From a virus (Duplodnaviria > Caudoviricetes), in IMG/VR virus record IMGVR_UViG_3300010885_054974, positions 1,827 to 65,826 of that record: 64,000 nt of DNA. One strand, written 5' to 3'. Within the stretch, counting starts at the first letter, position 1. The number at the start of each line of letters is the position of its first letter. Of the stretch, positions 49,433 to 58,002 are shown piece by piece. The translations under genes and the position numbers were made by a program. The notes under the pieces are model-generated. The model worked only from the letters and a program-made list of their open reading frames with translations. It was not told where the DNA came from and ran no database searches.

Positions 49433-50454
49433 TATAGAAAGCCTCCCTTGTTGCCACTGCCTATCATTCTGCCGGCAGCAAAGTCATCTAGATTAAAATT
49501 ACTAACTGCTGTGCGACTGTATATGGGTTGTAGAGTGACTGACAACTGACTTGATGTGGGCAATCTTGTTGATTGTGCACCGCCGGCAGCGCCACCCAAT
49601 TTGCCGCCTGTCAATGATCCCAGTAGTCCGTTGAGTCCTGCGCCACTTGGACCCATGGTAGATCCCAACAGACTGTTAACGCCGCCTGTGAGTGCAGACT
49701 GTACAGAACTTAAACCACCACCGGCCATTACTCCGGTCACACCATTGGCAATTGCTCCGCCAATGCCGCCAGCACCAACACTGCCTGGCATGACCATTGG
49801 TACTTCTACATAGTCAACATCGCCGGGCATGGTGTGACTAAAGCTGGTGATCACACAAGGCACATTGGGTAGATAGTTGGCGCCATATCCGTTTAGGAAT
49901 ACCATGGGAGGAGGAAATCCCAAATTGCCTTTGCTTTTGCCAAACCACATTTTTGTACAGGCTCTAAAGAAAGTGATGGCTGCCAATAGGTATTGACCTT
50001 CAATGGTGTTCTGTACTGTGAAATCACCGCTGATACTGATGGCACCAACTTCACTGTTTTCGTAAAAATACCCAGGATAATTGCTGTGGGTGAATTTTTG
50101 TTGGCTGTAACTGGCTGTGTGTGTTACTTGTACTTGTGGGGTATAGGGAAAGATAACACCGTTTTGAGTTTCTGATCCAAACAAAGGACTCATTATGCCA
50201 CGGTCAGCTGGGCTTTGTGCATGATAAAAGTAATTGGCGCTGTCTGCTAAACTGACTCGCAGGCGCCAGTCTGGTGCGCCGCCGCCCAAGTTCAAATTGA
50301 CTTTTGCGCCACCTATTTTGAAACCAATACTGCCACCGGGAATAAGGCCAGCCACTGCCAAGCGAGCACTACTGGGGTCAAACCCCGAGCCTGCTGAGGC
50401 GGCCCCAATGCCTTGCTGTGCTATTCCGCTGAGTGAGCTGTCTAAAATTCCCAT
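49432..50454 (-). CDS. Tail tube initiator / baseplate-tube junction protein (gp48/gp54-like)
   Basis: GVIFPYTP, G.PPP.V.L.GYG and P.VITSF; Gly-rich insertion. Confidence 0.6.
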   Translation of the reverse strand: MGILDSSLSGIAQQGIGAASAGSGFDPSSARLAVAGLIPGGSIGFKIGGAKVNLNLGGGAPDWRLRVSLADSANYFYHAQSPADRGIMSPLFGSETQNGVIFPYTPQVQVTHTASYSQQKFTHSNYPGYFYENSEVGAISISGDFTVQNTIEGQYLLAAITFFRACTKMWFGKSKGNLGFPPPMVFLNGYGANYLPNVPCVITSFSHTMPGDVDYVEVPMVMPGSVGAGGIGGAIANGVTGVMAGGGLSSVQSALTGGVNSLLGSTMGPSGAGLNGLLGSLTGGKLGGAAGGAQSTRLPTSSQLSVTLQPIYSRTAVSNFNLDDFAAGRMIGSGNKGGFL

Positions 50455-50472
50455 TGTGTATCCTCGTTATAA

Positions 50473-50478
50473 TATTTA
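50473..50478 (-). promoter_or_regulatory. Late promoter motif TAAATA heading the tail/baseplate module
   Basis: Intergenic, followed by a GAGGA Shine-Dalgarno and the ATG at 50454. Confidence 0.65.
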
Positions 50479-50522
50479 TGGGTGCGTAAAATAGGCTACT
50501 ATAAAGATTTTGTATTAAAAGG

Positions 50523-50552
50523 TTGACCTTGTGATAGTAAATATGTTAACAT
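50523..50552 (+). promoter_or_regulatory. Sigma70-like promoter TTGACC-18 nt-TAACAT for gp55, with an embedded TAAATA
   Basis: ttgacc 50523-50528, TG at 50544-50545, taacat 50547-50552, taaata 50538-50543. Confidence 0.5.
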
Positions 50553-50580
50553 AGGCACATAGTGTAAAGGATCCCTTATT

Positions 50581-51489
50581 GTGTTACCACCAATTAAAGT
50601 TAAAAATTATCTAAACAACAAAGATATATTAAAAGAAATCCATAAAAGCAAAACCACATACTGCACATACTTGGACGCCAGTTGTTCTGATTATGACATG
50701 ATTTTGTTGGATGTGACAAAAATAAACAAAAAGAACATACTAGAAGCTCGACGACTTCGTGCAGATCGGTTAACAAAAGCCGCATTTGATCTGGCCAATG
50801 CTGATGGTACTGCCAAGGCAAATAAGAAAAAACTAGAAGACTTTGAAGTCAAACTCAAAGAAGTTGCCGCAGAAGATGTGGTGTTCAGGGTAATGACTTG
50901 GGAACATATCCCAGCTGCCGCACCCAAGGTCAAAAAAGGTGCTGTGGTTGTTGAAGAAGCCGAAGAAGAATTGCTGACCGAATATGATGATCCTGCTGTG
51001 ATCAAAGCTCCAACCAAGTATACCAAATGCAATTTCCCTCCGTTCTTTCACTACAAGGTTGTAGAAGATGGTACTCCTTATGTGGTAGGCAAAAGTCATT
51101 GGAAGGGTGATTTGGTAACTGGAGAGTTTTCAAAAGATCACGGAGCCATGACCAAAAAACTGGCACACATGTTTATGAAACTGTGTGAACGCTATGCCAC
51201 AAGATCAAACTGGAGAGGATACACCTACAATGACGAAATGCGAAGCCAAGCCCTGTTGCAACTCAGCCAAATTGGACTGCAATTCGATGAATCAAAATCG
51301 CAGAACCCTTTTGCGTATTATACTGCCGCTATCACTAATAGCTTTACTCGTGTGCTAAACATTGAAAAACGCAGTCAAAATCTACGCGACGACATCCTAG
51401 AAATGAACGGTTTAATGCCCAGTTATACACGCCAAGGTCAGGGCGGGAGTGGATATACTGGTGGCGGCGGCTATGACGGAGACGAATAA
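50581..51489 (+). CDS. Late-transcription sigma factor, T4 gp55-like
   Basis: NYLNNKD.L; NWRGYTYNDEM...A......FD..KS.NPFAYYT; adjacent to gp47 and gp46. Confidence 0.85.
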   Translation: MLPPIKVKNYLNNKDILKEIHKSKTTYCTYLDASCSDYDMILLDVTKINKKNILEARRLRADRLTKAAFDLANADGTAKANKKKLEDFEVKLKEVAAEDVVFRVMTWEHIPAAAPKVKKGAVVVEEAEEELLTEYDDPAVIKAPTKYTKCNFPPFFHYKVVEDGTPYVVGKSHWKGDLVTGEFSKDHGAMTKKLAHMFMKLCERYATRSNWRGYTYNDEMRSQALLQLSQIGLQFDESKSQNPFAYYTAAITNSFTRVLNIEKRSQNLRDDILEMNGLMPSYTRQGQGGSGYTGGGGYDGDE

Positions 51490-52366
51490 ACGCAAAGATA
51501 CCATTGTTGTTGCTTATCCACCTGGCGGGTATGGTACATTCTTAGAGTGGTGTTTGACTTATTTTACAGGGCAATTACCTGCTGGCCCAAATTCTTGGCC
51601 GTTTGTTGACAGCACCGGGTCTGCACATCGATTTAGAGGAAACCAAATCAAACAACCCAGCAAGTCTTTTCAAATACAATCGGGGTTACAAGATATAGGT
51701 ACATATCTGTTTGACCACGATAAAACTGTGTTGTTTGCTAGAACTCATGCAGATTTTCAAGACATGCAAGAGTACATCACTGCCTACCACACCTATATCA
51801 ATCGTTTTGTTTATATCCGACCAAACCCCAATACATTATTGTTGGTTCTAAACAACATTGTTGAAAAAACTCCCAACAATGAAATTACTCGGGCTTCTGT
51901 CAAGTATGTCAAACCAGACATGGATGCGTGGGAAATCAGGGAATCAATTTCTTTTTGGGTTGCTCAGTATCAAGACTACATGAACTCGTTTTACTCAGTG
52001 ACCAATCATTGTGTGATAGTTGACTTGCCTGATCTTATATCCAATTTGGGCTCATCACTGGATAAAATTTTTGTTGAAACAGGACTACATTGGAGTCAGG
52101 AGCACAAACAAGACATTGGTGTTGTAACAGAACAATGGCTGAGCTTGCAACGGCATTTGAACAAAGATACGGTGTGCCAAGCCATTGTTGACAGCATTAT
52201 CCATTCAACCGAGTATGATTGGCATGATCAAAATTTAACGGTTTATGATGAGGCATTTGTCCAATGGACATTAAGAGACTTGCATGGACTGGCCATGAAG
52301 TGCTATAATGTCAATGTGTTTCCTACGAATACAACCGATTTGAGAAATTTATTGACTAATGAGTAA
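51473..52366 (+). CDS. Hypothetical protein, possible sulfotransferase/P-loop-like fold
   Basis: N-terminal IVVAYPPGGYGTFL and ARTH; start taken at ATG 51473. Confidence 0.55.
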   Translation: MTETNKRKDTIVVAYPPGGYGTFLEWCLTYFTGQLPAGPNSWPFVDSTGSAHRFRGNQIKQPSKSFQIQSGLQDIGTYLFDHDKTVLFARTHADFQDMQEYITAYHTYINRFVYIRPNPNTLLLVLNNIVEKTPNNEITRASVKYVKPDMDAWEIRESISFWVAQYQDYMNSFYSVTNHCVIVDLPDLISNLGSSLDKIFVETGLHWSQEHKQDIGVVTEQWLSLQRHLNKDTVCQAIVDSIIHSTEYDWHDQNLTVYDEAFVQWTLRDLHGLAMKCYNVNVFPTNTTDLRNLLTNE

Positions 52367-53375
52367 CCTATTTCGGAAGGCTGCGGTCTTCACCGACATT
52401 CACTTTGGCTTGAAATCCAACAGCGCCAGTCACAATGATGACTGTTTGAATTTTGTTAAATGGGCCACTGCCAAAGCTCGTGAAGAGGGCTGTGAAACTG
52501 CTATGTTTCTGGGTGATTGGCACAACAATCGTGCAAACATCAACATTGTTACACTCAACTACAGTCTACGAGCCCTGGAGCACCTAAATGACAATTTTGA
52601 GCGTGTTTATTTTATCCCTGGAAATCACGATTTGTATTATCGTGATAAACGTGATATTCAATCGGTTGAATGGGCTCGTCACCTCCCGAATGTTCAAATT
52701 GTTAACGATTGGTTTTCTGATGGTGATGTGGTTATTGCTCCTTGGCTTGTCGGAGATGATCACAAACGAATTCCCCGACTTTCTGCCAAATACATGTTTG
52801 GGCACTTTGAGTTGCCAGGCTACTTGATGAATGCCATGGTGGCCATGCCCGAACACGGTGATGTACGCAGAGAACACTTTGGCGGCTTTGATCATGTGTT
52901 TACTGGACACTTTCACAAACGACAAACACAAAAGAACATTACCTATATTGGCAACTGCTTCCCGCACAACTATGCCGATGCCGGTGATGATGACCGAGGG
53001 CTAATGATCCTGGAATGGGGCAAGGAGCCGGTACACCATGCGTGGCCCAATCAACCCCGTTATCGTGTATTTCAGTTGAGTGATGTGCTTAGACACACCG
53101 AAGCCATGTTGCAACCCGGCATGCATTGTCGTGTTAATCTAGACATTGACATCAGTTATGAAGAAGCCACCTTTATCAAAGAAACTTTTATCGATCAATA
53201 CCAACTGAGAGAAATTACACTTATTCCTGCCAAGATAACTGACTTGACCGAATACGAAATACAGGGCAACATAGAGTTTGAAAGTGTTGATCAAATTGTC
53301 ACAGGACAACTCAGCAACATCGAAAGCGATAAGTTTAACAAGAACTTGCTACTAGACATATACAGGAATCTGTAA
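52359..53375 (+). CDS. Recombination endonuclease subunit, gp47 (Mre11/SbcD-like)
   Basis: DIHFG, LGDW, GNHD, FGHFE and GHFH phosphoesterase motifs. Confidence 0.92.
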   Translation: MSNLFRKAAVFTDIHFGLKSNSASHNDDCLNFVKWATAKAREEGCETAMFLGDWHNNRANINIVTLNYSLRALEHLNDNFERVYFIPGNHDLYYRDKRDIQSVEWARHLPNVQIVNDWFSDGDVVIAPWLVGDDHKRIPRLSAKYMFGHFELPGYLMNAMVAMPEHGDVRREHFGGFDHVFTGHFHKRQTQKNITYIGNCFPHNYADAGDDDRGLMILEWGKEPVHHAWPNQPRYRVFQLSDVLRHTEAMLQPGMHCRVNLDIDISYEEATFIKETFIDQYQLREITLIPAKITDLTEYEIQGNIEFESVDQIVTGQLSNIESDKFNKNLLLDIYRNL

Positions 53376-54217
53376 TGCACAAGTGGTTACAGGTAGAAGC
53401 CACAACCAAATGCAATGCTTGGTGTCCCGGATGTGGAAGAAGCAAGGGCGGGTATGAATTGGCCGATGGCTTGGTAATCGAAGATCTAGATGAAAACATT
53501 TTTGAACAGCATGTAAAATCAATGCCACATTTGGAAGTTGTTGATTTTTGCGGCACCTACGGCGATGCTGTTGCCGCACACAATATAAAAACCTTGGTAG
53601 AAATTGCAAAACGACATGTGCCAAAAGTCATAGTGAGAACCAACGGTAGTCTAAGAAATGATGTATGGTGGGCACAATTTGCCAATATTCTCAAAGGGCA
53701 TGATCACGAAGTGTGGTTCTGCTTAGATGGCCTAGCTGACACTCATGCCATTTATAGACAAGGTACAGATTTTGATACCATAATCAACAACGCAACGGTT
53801 TTTATAAATCAAGGCGGTGTTGCTGTTTGGCAGTTCATTCCGTGGAAGCACAACCAACATCAAATACTAAAATGCATCAAAATGAGTCAGGACCTGGGAT
53901 TCAGTCGATTTGAGTTTGTACGAAATGTTCGTAGAGATTTTAATGCTCGCGATTGGCGCACCGGCGAACCTTATGTGATAGATCCGTGGGAAGAGAATCT
54001 AAAATTTAGCAAGTATGAAAAAACTAATCATACTGTAACTGCCCAAGATTGTCGACATTTGTCACAGCCTAGTGTATACTTGAATGCCAATGGCAAGTTG
54101 AGCACCTGTTGCTTTTTTAACACCAGTTTGAGTTTTGATACGTTGAACCAATTACCAGACATTGCAAATGAATTATCCAATCCCAGACAGCAATGTCTTT
54201 ACCATTGTGGCAAATAA
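53375..54217 (+). CDS. Radical SAM protein with C-terminal Cys cluster
   Basis: CNAWCPGC, TNGS and LDGL; C-terminal C...CC...C...C. Confidence 0.85.
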   Translation: MHKWLQVEATTKCNAWCPGCGRSKGGYELADGLVIEDLDENIFEQHVKSMPHLEVVDFCGTYGDAVAAHNIKTLVEIAKRHVPKVIVRTNGSLRNDVWWAQFANILKGHDHEVWFCLDGLADTHAIYRQGTDFDTIINNATVFINQGGVAVWQFIPWKHNQHQILKCIKMSQDLGFSRFEFVRNVRRDFNARDWRTGEPYVIDPWEENLKFSKYEKTNHTVTAQDCRHLSQPSVYLNANGKLSTCCFFNTSLSFDTLNQLPDIANELSNPRQQCLYHCGK

Positions 54218-54220
54218 TAT

Positions 54221-55990
54221 ATGTTTAAAATAAAAGACTTAACTGTAAAAAACTTCATGAGTGTGGGCAATGCCACACAAGCGGTTAACTTTGATCGCAG
54301 AGACTTGACTTTGGTGTTGGGTGAAAACTTAGACCTAGGGGGCGATGACTCAGGAGCTCGTAACGGGACTGGGAAGACAACCATAATTAATGCTCTGTCC
54401 TATGCCCTTTACGGCAACGCCCTTACCAACATCAAAAAAGACAATCTAATCAACAAGACCAATACCAAAGGCATGATGGTCACAATTGATTTTGAAGTCA
54501 ATGGTGTTGACTATCGTATTGAGCGTGGTCGCAAACCTGGCATTATGAAATTCTGGATCAGCGGCAACGAAAAAGAAATCACAGACGATAGTCAAGGCGA
54601 TTCAAGAGAAACACAAGCAGAAATTGAGCGCATGTTGGGCATGAGTCACGACATGTTCAAACACATTGTGGCACTCAACACCTACACTGAACCGTTTCTA
54701 AGTTTGCGAGCCAACGATCAACGCACCATCATTGAACAGTTGTTGGGCATTACACTATTAAGTGAAAAAGCCGAACATCTCAAGGAACTGGGCAAAGCCA
54801 CCAAGGATGCCATCACAGCCGAAGAGTTTCGTATCAAGGCCGTAGGTGATGCTAACCGGCGTATCGAAGAACAGATTGAAAATCTGCGTAAGCGTCAGCG
54901 CATGTGGCTGGCAAAACACAACGAAGACATTACTCGGTTCCAGTCAGCATTTGACGAATTGAGTCGAATTGATATAGAAGCAGAACTGGCGGCACATCTT
55001 GCACTCACTGCTTACAACGACAAAGCCAAACAGATCAAAGAACTGTCGGCCTGGATCAAACGCTGTGAACTAGACCAGGCTAGAGAAACTAAAACTATTG
55101 AAAAATTAAAAGTCGACATTGCTAGTTTAGAGAATCACACTTGCCACAGTTGTGGCCAAGCATTCCATGACGACAAACAAGAAACCCTGTTAGAGGAAAA
55201 GCGGCGAGCATTGCAAGAAGCCGCATTAAATGCACTGGCATCCAATACACAATGGATGGAGCACACCGACGCACTACAGGCATTAGGCGAGTTGGGCGTA
55301 CAACCTGTTGTATTTTACGATCGCGAAAGTGATGCTTTTGAACATCGTAGTAGCATGGCCAGTATACTGGCACAGTTATCAGCCAAAGAAGCCGAAGCAG
55401 ATCCTTACAGTGAACAGATCCGAGAAATGAGCGAGCAGGCCCTGGAAGAAATTGATTTCAGCATAATGAATGAACTAGTTAATCTTAGAGAGCATCAAGA
55501 TTTCTTGTTGAAACTGTTGACCAACAAAGATTCGTTTATCCGCAAGCGCATCATTGATCAGAATCTAAGTTATCTAAATGCCCGCTTGGGGCAGTACTTG
55601 GATCGTATTGGATTGCCACATACTGTTAAATTCAACAATGACCTAACAGTGGCCATCACTGAACTGGGCAGGGATTTGGACTTTGACAACTTGAGCAGGG
55701 GTGAACGCAACAGACTGATCCTAAGTCTGAGTTGGGCATTCCGTGATGTTTGGGAAAGCCTATATCAGCCCATCAACTTGTTGTTCATTGACGAACTGGT
55801 TGATTCAGGCATGGACAGCTCGGGTGTAGAAAACAGCCTGGCTATTCTCAAGAAGATGAGCAGGGACAGCAACAAATCAATTTGGTTAGTGAGTCACAAG
55901 GATGAGCTTGCAGGGCGTGTGAACAACACCTTGCATGTGGTCAAAGAAAACGGATTTACCACCTACAACACCGATGTTGAGATGGTGTAA
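54221..55990 (+). CDS. Recombination ATPase subunit, gp46 (Rad50/SbcC-like)
   Basis: Walker A NGTGKTT, zinc hook CHSCGQ, signature LSRGE, Walker B LFIDE and SH. Confidence 0.93.
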   Translation: MFKIKDLTVKNFMSVGNATQAVNFDRRDLTLVLGENLDLGGDDSGARNGTGKTTIINALSYALYGNALTNIKKDNLINKTNTKGMMVTIDFEVNGVDYRIERGRKPGIMKFWISGNEKEITDDSQGDSRETQAEIERMLGMSHDMFKHIVALNTYTEPFLSLRANDQRTIIEQLLGITLLSEKAEHLKELGKATKDAITAEEFRIKAVGDANRRIEEQIENLRKRQRMWLAKHNEDITRFQSAFDELSRIDIEAELAAHLALTAYNDKAKQIKELSAWIKRCELDQARETKTIEKLKVDIASLENHTCHSCGQAFHDDKQETLLEEKRRALQEAALNALASNTQWMEHTDALQALGELGVQPVVFYDRESDAFEHRSSMASILAQLSAKEAEADPYSEQIREMSEQALEEIDFSIMNELVNLREHQDFLLKLLTNKDSFIRKRIIDQNLSYLNARLGQYLDRIGLPHTVKFNNDLTVAITELGRDLDFDNLSRGERNRLILSLSWAFRDVWESLYQPINLLFIDELVDSGMDSSGVENSLAILKKMSRDSNKSIWLVSHKDELAGRVNNTLHVVKENGFTTYNTDVEMV

Positions 55991-56041
55991 CACAATTTTA
56001 ATAATATTTAATCATGGCACACACAGGCATAATTACTATGC

Positions 56042-56473
56042 ATGACATGGACATATCAAGGTTTACCAGTTCAAGAATTACCCGAAGACTGCGTGGGCTT
56101 TGTCTACATCATCACGAATCTTGTATCAGGGCGCAAATACATAGGTAAAAAACTAGCGAGATTCGCAAAAACCACATACAAAGTAGTAAAACTCAAAAAC
56201 GGCACAAAAAAGAAAAAGAAGATCAGAAGCAAAATAGATTCTGACTGGCTCACATATTATGGCTCAAACGAAGAATTGAATCGAGATGTTACAGCATTAG
56301 GCTCAGACAAGTTTACACGAGAAATCATGTATTACTGTCGTTCAAAAGCCGAATGTAGTTATATCGAAGCAAGAGAACAATTTACACACAAAGTGCTAGA
56401 ATCACAAGAATACTACAACGGACAAATCTCTGTTCGTGTCCATGGCTCCCACATAAAGAAATTAAACGGTTAA
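56042..56473 (+). CDS. Small GIY-YIG (Seg-like) nuclease-family protein
   Basis: GFVYIITN..SGRKYIGKK, YYGS, F.REI, E and YYN; Lys-rich loop; no long C-terminal DNA-binding domain. Confidence 0.75.
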   Translation: MTWTYQGLPVQELPEDCVGFVYIITNLVSGRKYIGKKLARFAKTTYKVVKLKNGTKKKKKIRSKIDSDWLTYYGSNEELNRDVTALGSDKFTREIMYYCRSKAECSYIEAREQFTHKVLESQEYYNGQISVRVHGSHIKKLNG

Positions 56474-56884
56474 AGCTCGCGCAGGCTAACATCATGCGTC
56501 TAAGACAACAGGACCTCGGGTCGCTGGGACGGAAATCTCTCGCCGTTAAGAGTACTCAATCACTATCCTTGACAGGACGAAGATCGCCAAAGGCCGCGGT
56601 TTGATTGTTTGAAGAAAAATATAAGGCTAAAAAGACGCAGTAGTGATACTGCACGGTCGACAATTACGCTAGTATGTTATTGTTGATCCGCCGTTGTGAT
56701 AAAGACTGAACTCGAGGTACCGGACAACCGCCTCTGTAATGTTCTAATACTAGTGATCGTGCTACTCGGATGATGCTCTCTTTGCCCTGTGCGGGCAAAG
56801 TGTGACCGATTAATCTGGATGATACTAAAGTCAGAGAAACAGTGTTGTGAGCGCAAGCGAAACAACAGATCTCGTTAGAGATCT
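56474..56884 (+). ncRNA. Candidate structured non-coding RNA (~410 nt)
   Basis: Largest intergenic gap in the window; no credible ORF; many hairpins, with GNRA loops on the + strand. Confidence 0.55.
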
Positions 56885-57102
56885 TAGAAGAATGGCATTC
56901 CTGATTTCTTGGCAGTTTCTAAATTGTCTTTGACCAACTTGACTATGGTTTCACGCTCCGATGGGCTCATTTCCATGGCTTCTGTGTATGACACACTGCC
57001 TCGCATGTACCAACACAACTGCATTATTTCTCGTTTTAGGGCTTTTGAATCTCGTTCTAGGCTGTCTAGCCAAGCAATGACTTCCTCATTGTTGAGAATC
57101 AA
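56884..57102 (-). CDS. Baseplate hub assembly protein, gp51-like
   Basis: 72 aa following the gp26-like gene; SYTEAMEMSPSER. Confidence 0.6.
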   Translation of the reverse strand: MILNNEEVIAWLDSLERDSKALKREIMQLCWYMRGSVSYTEAMEMSPSERETIVKLVKDNLETAKKSGMPFF

Positions 57103-57953
57103 AAGCCTTTGTCGAAAAAATTTGATTGATTAAACTCCAGTCCTGATTCGTACTCGGTTGCACATTCTGAACAGGTCAGTTTCATTGGTGCCAATTTGTT
57201 TTCTTTTATCATGTCATCAATCTTTTCTTTGACCGCGGTATATGATTCTCTACTGCAATTTTCCAAGTACTCAGTGATAAACTTGCGATCTGTTACAGGT
57301 TCTTGACCTTCAATGGTGATGCTTTCAATGCATACAGCAATTGAATCCACATTCATCTGTTTGAGTTTGTTGAAACTTTCTGTAAACCGTGTGGCTTTCT
57401 CTTCATCAGTTAGAGCTTCGTTTCTTATAACGCTGTCCACTAGACGCTGTTCTTCATAAGTGATTATGTTCAAATCGTTTATATGCTTGTAGTTCTGTGG
57501 CTTAAAATTGAATTTTAAATCGTCAAAAAATGCTGGTTTGCTGTAGTCTGCAATTTTAAAATTATCCAGTAAATGATTTAAAGCAATATTGTGTTCATTG
57601 CTTTCACCGCATTCTTTACAAGCAGTGGTTATTTCCATTTCTGCACCGTAACTGGCCAATCTAATGGCAATCAACACAGCATCCACATCCACAGCAGGCA
57701 TGGTCCAAGCGTCCTTGATATTGGGACAACAGCTATGTATAACATCAATCATGCCCTGGCCGTTCATCAAGGCATCGGGCGTTTTTAGTGTCAATTCATC
57801 TTTGACTGTCATTGGGTAAATTGGAATTGTGCCAGTGGCAGGGAAATCCAGCGTGCCTTCAGGGTAGTATTGTCCCCCGCTGGGCAACTTTAAATACACA
57901 GCAGGCTGTCTAAAGTGTTTGAACAAAGGGTTACTAGCGGCGTTATTCACCAT
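57099..57953 (-). CDS. Baseplate hub subunit, gp26-like
   Basis: LPSGG.YY, MT.KDE, D.DA.LIAIR.ASYG and two CxxC pairs. Confidence 0.78.
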   Translation of the reverse strand: MVNNAASNPLFKHFRQPAVYLKLPSGGQYYPEGTLDFPATGTIPIYPMTVKDELTLKTPDALMNGQGMIDVIHSCCPNIKDAWTMPAVDVDAVLIAIRLASYGAEMEITTACKECGESNEHNIALNHLLDNFKIADYSKPAFFDDLKFNFKPQNYKHINDLNIITYEEQRLVDSVIRNEALTDEEKATRFTESFNKLKQMNVDSIAVCIESITIEGQEPVTDRKFITEYLENCSRESYTAVKEKIDDMIKENKLAPMKLTCSECATEYESGLEFNQSNFFDKGF

Positions 57954-57966
57954 GGTTTGATCTCCA

Positions 57967-57990
57967 TAAATAGATGTATAACTCTATTTA
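57967..57990. promoter_or_regulatory. Opposed TAAATA late promoters forming an inverted repeat
   Basis: taaataga (57967-57974) and tctattta (57983-57990) between divergent genes. Confidence 0.65.
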
Positions 57991-58002
57991 CCTGGGAAAT
58001 TC

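Noticed and set aside
56005-56010. Minus-strand TAAATA pointing antisense into gp46
   Set aside because: Lies in an AT-rich spacer with no downstream ORF; may be chance
56677-56865. 62-aa minus-strand ORF in the gap
   Set aside because: Non-ATG start, no recognisable motif, and it overlaps the dense hairpin region; likely spurious
56474-56884. Group I intron, tRNA, tmRNA or CRISPR array
   Set aside because: No interrupted host gene, no convincing P/Q/R/S elements (only a weak GACT/AGTC match), no cloverleaf, and no repeat-spacer periodicity
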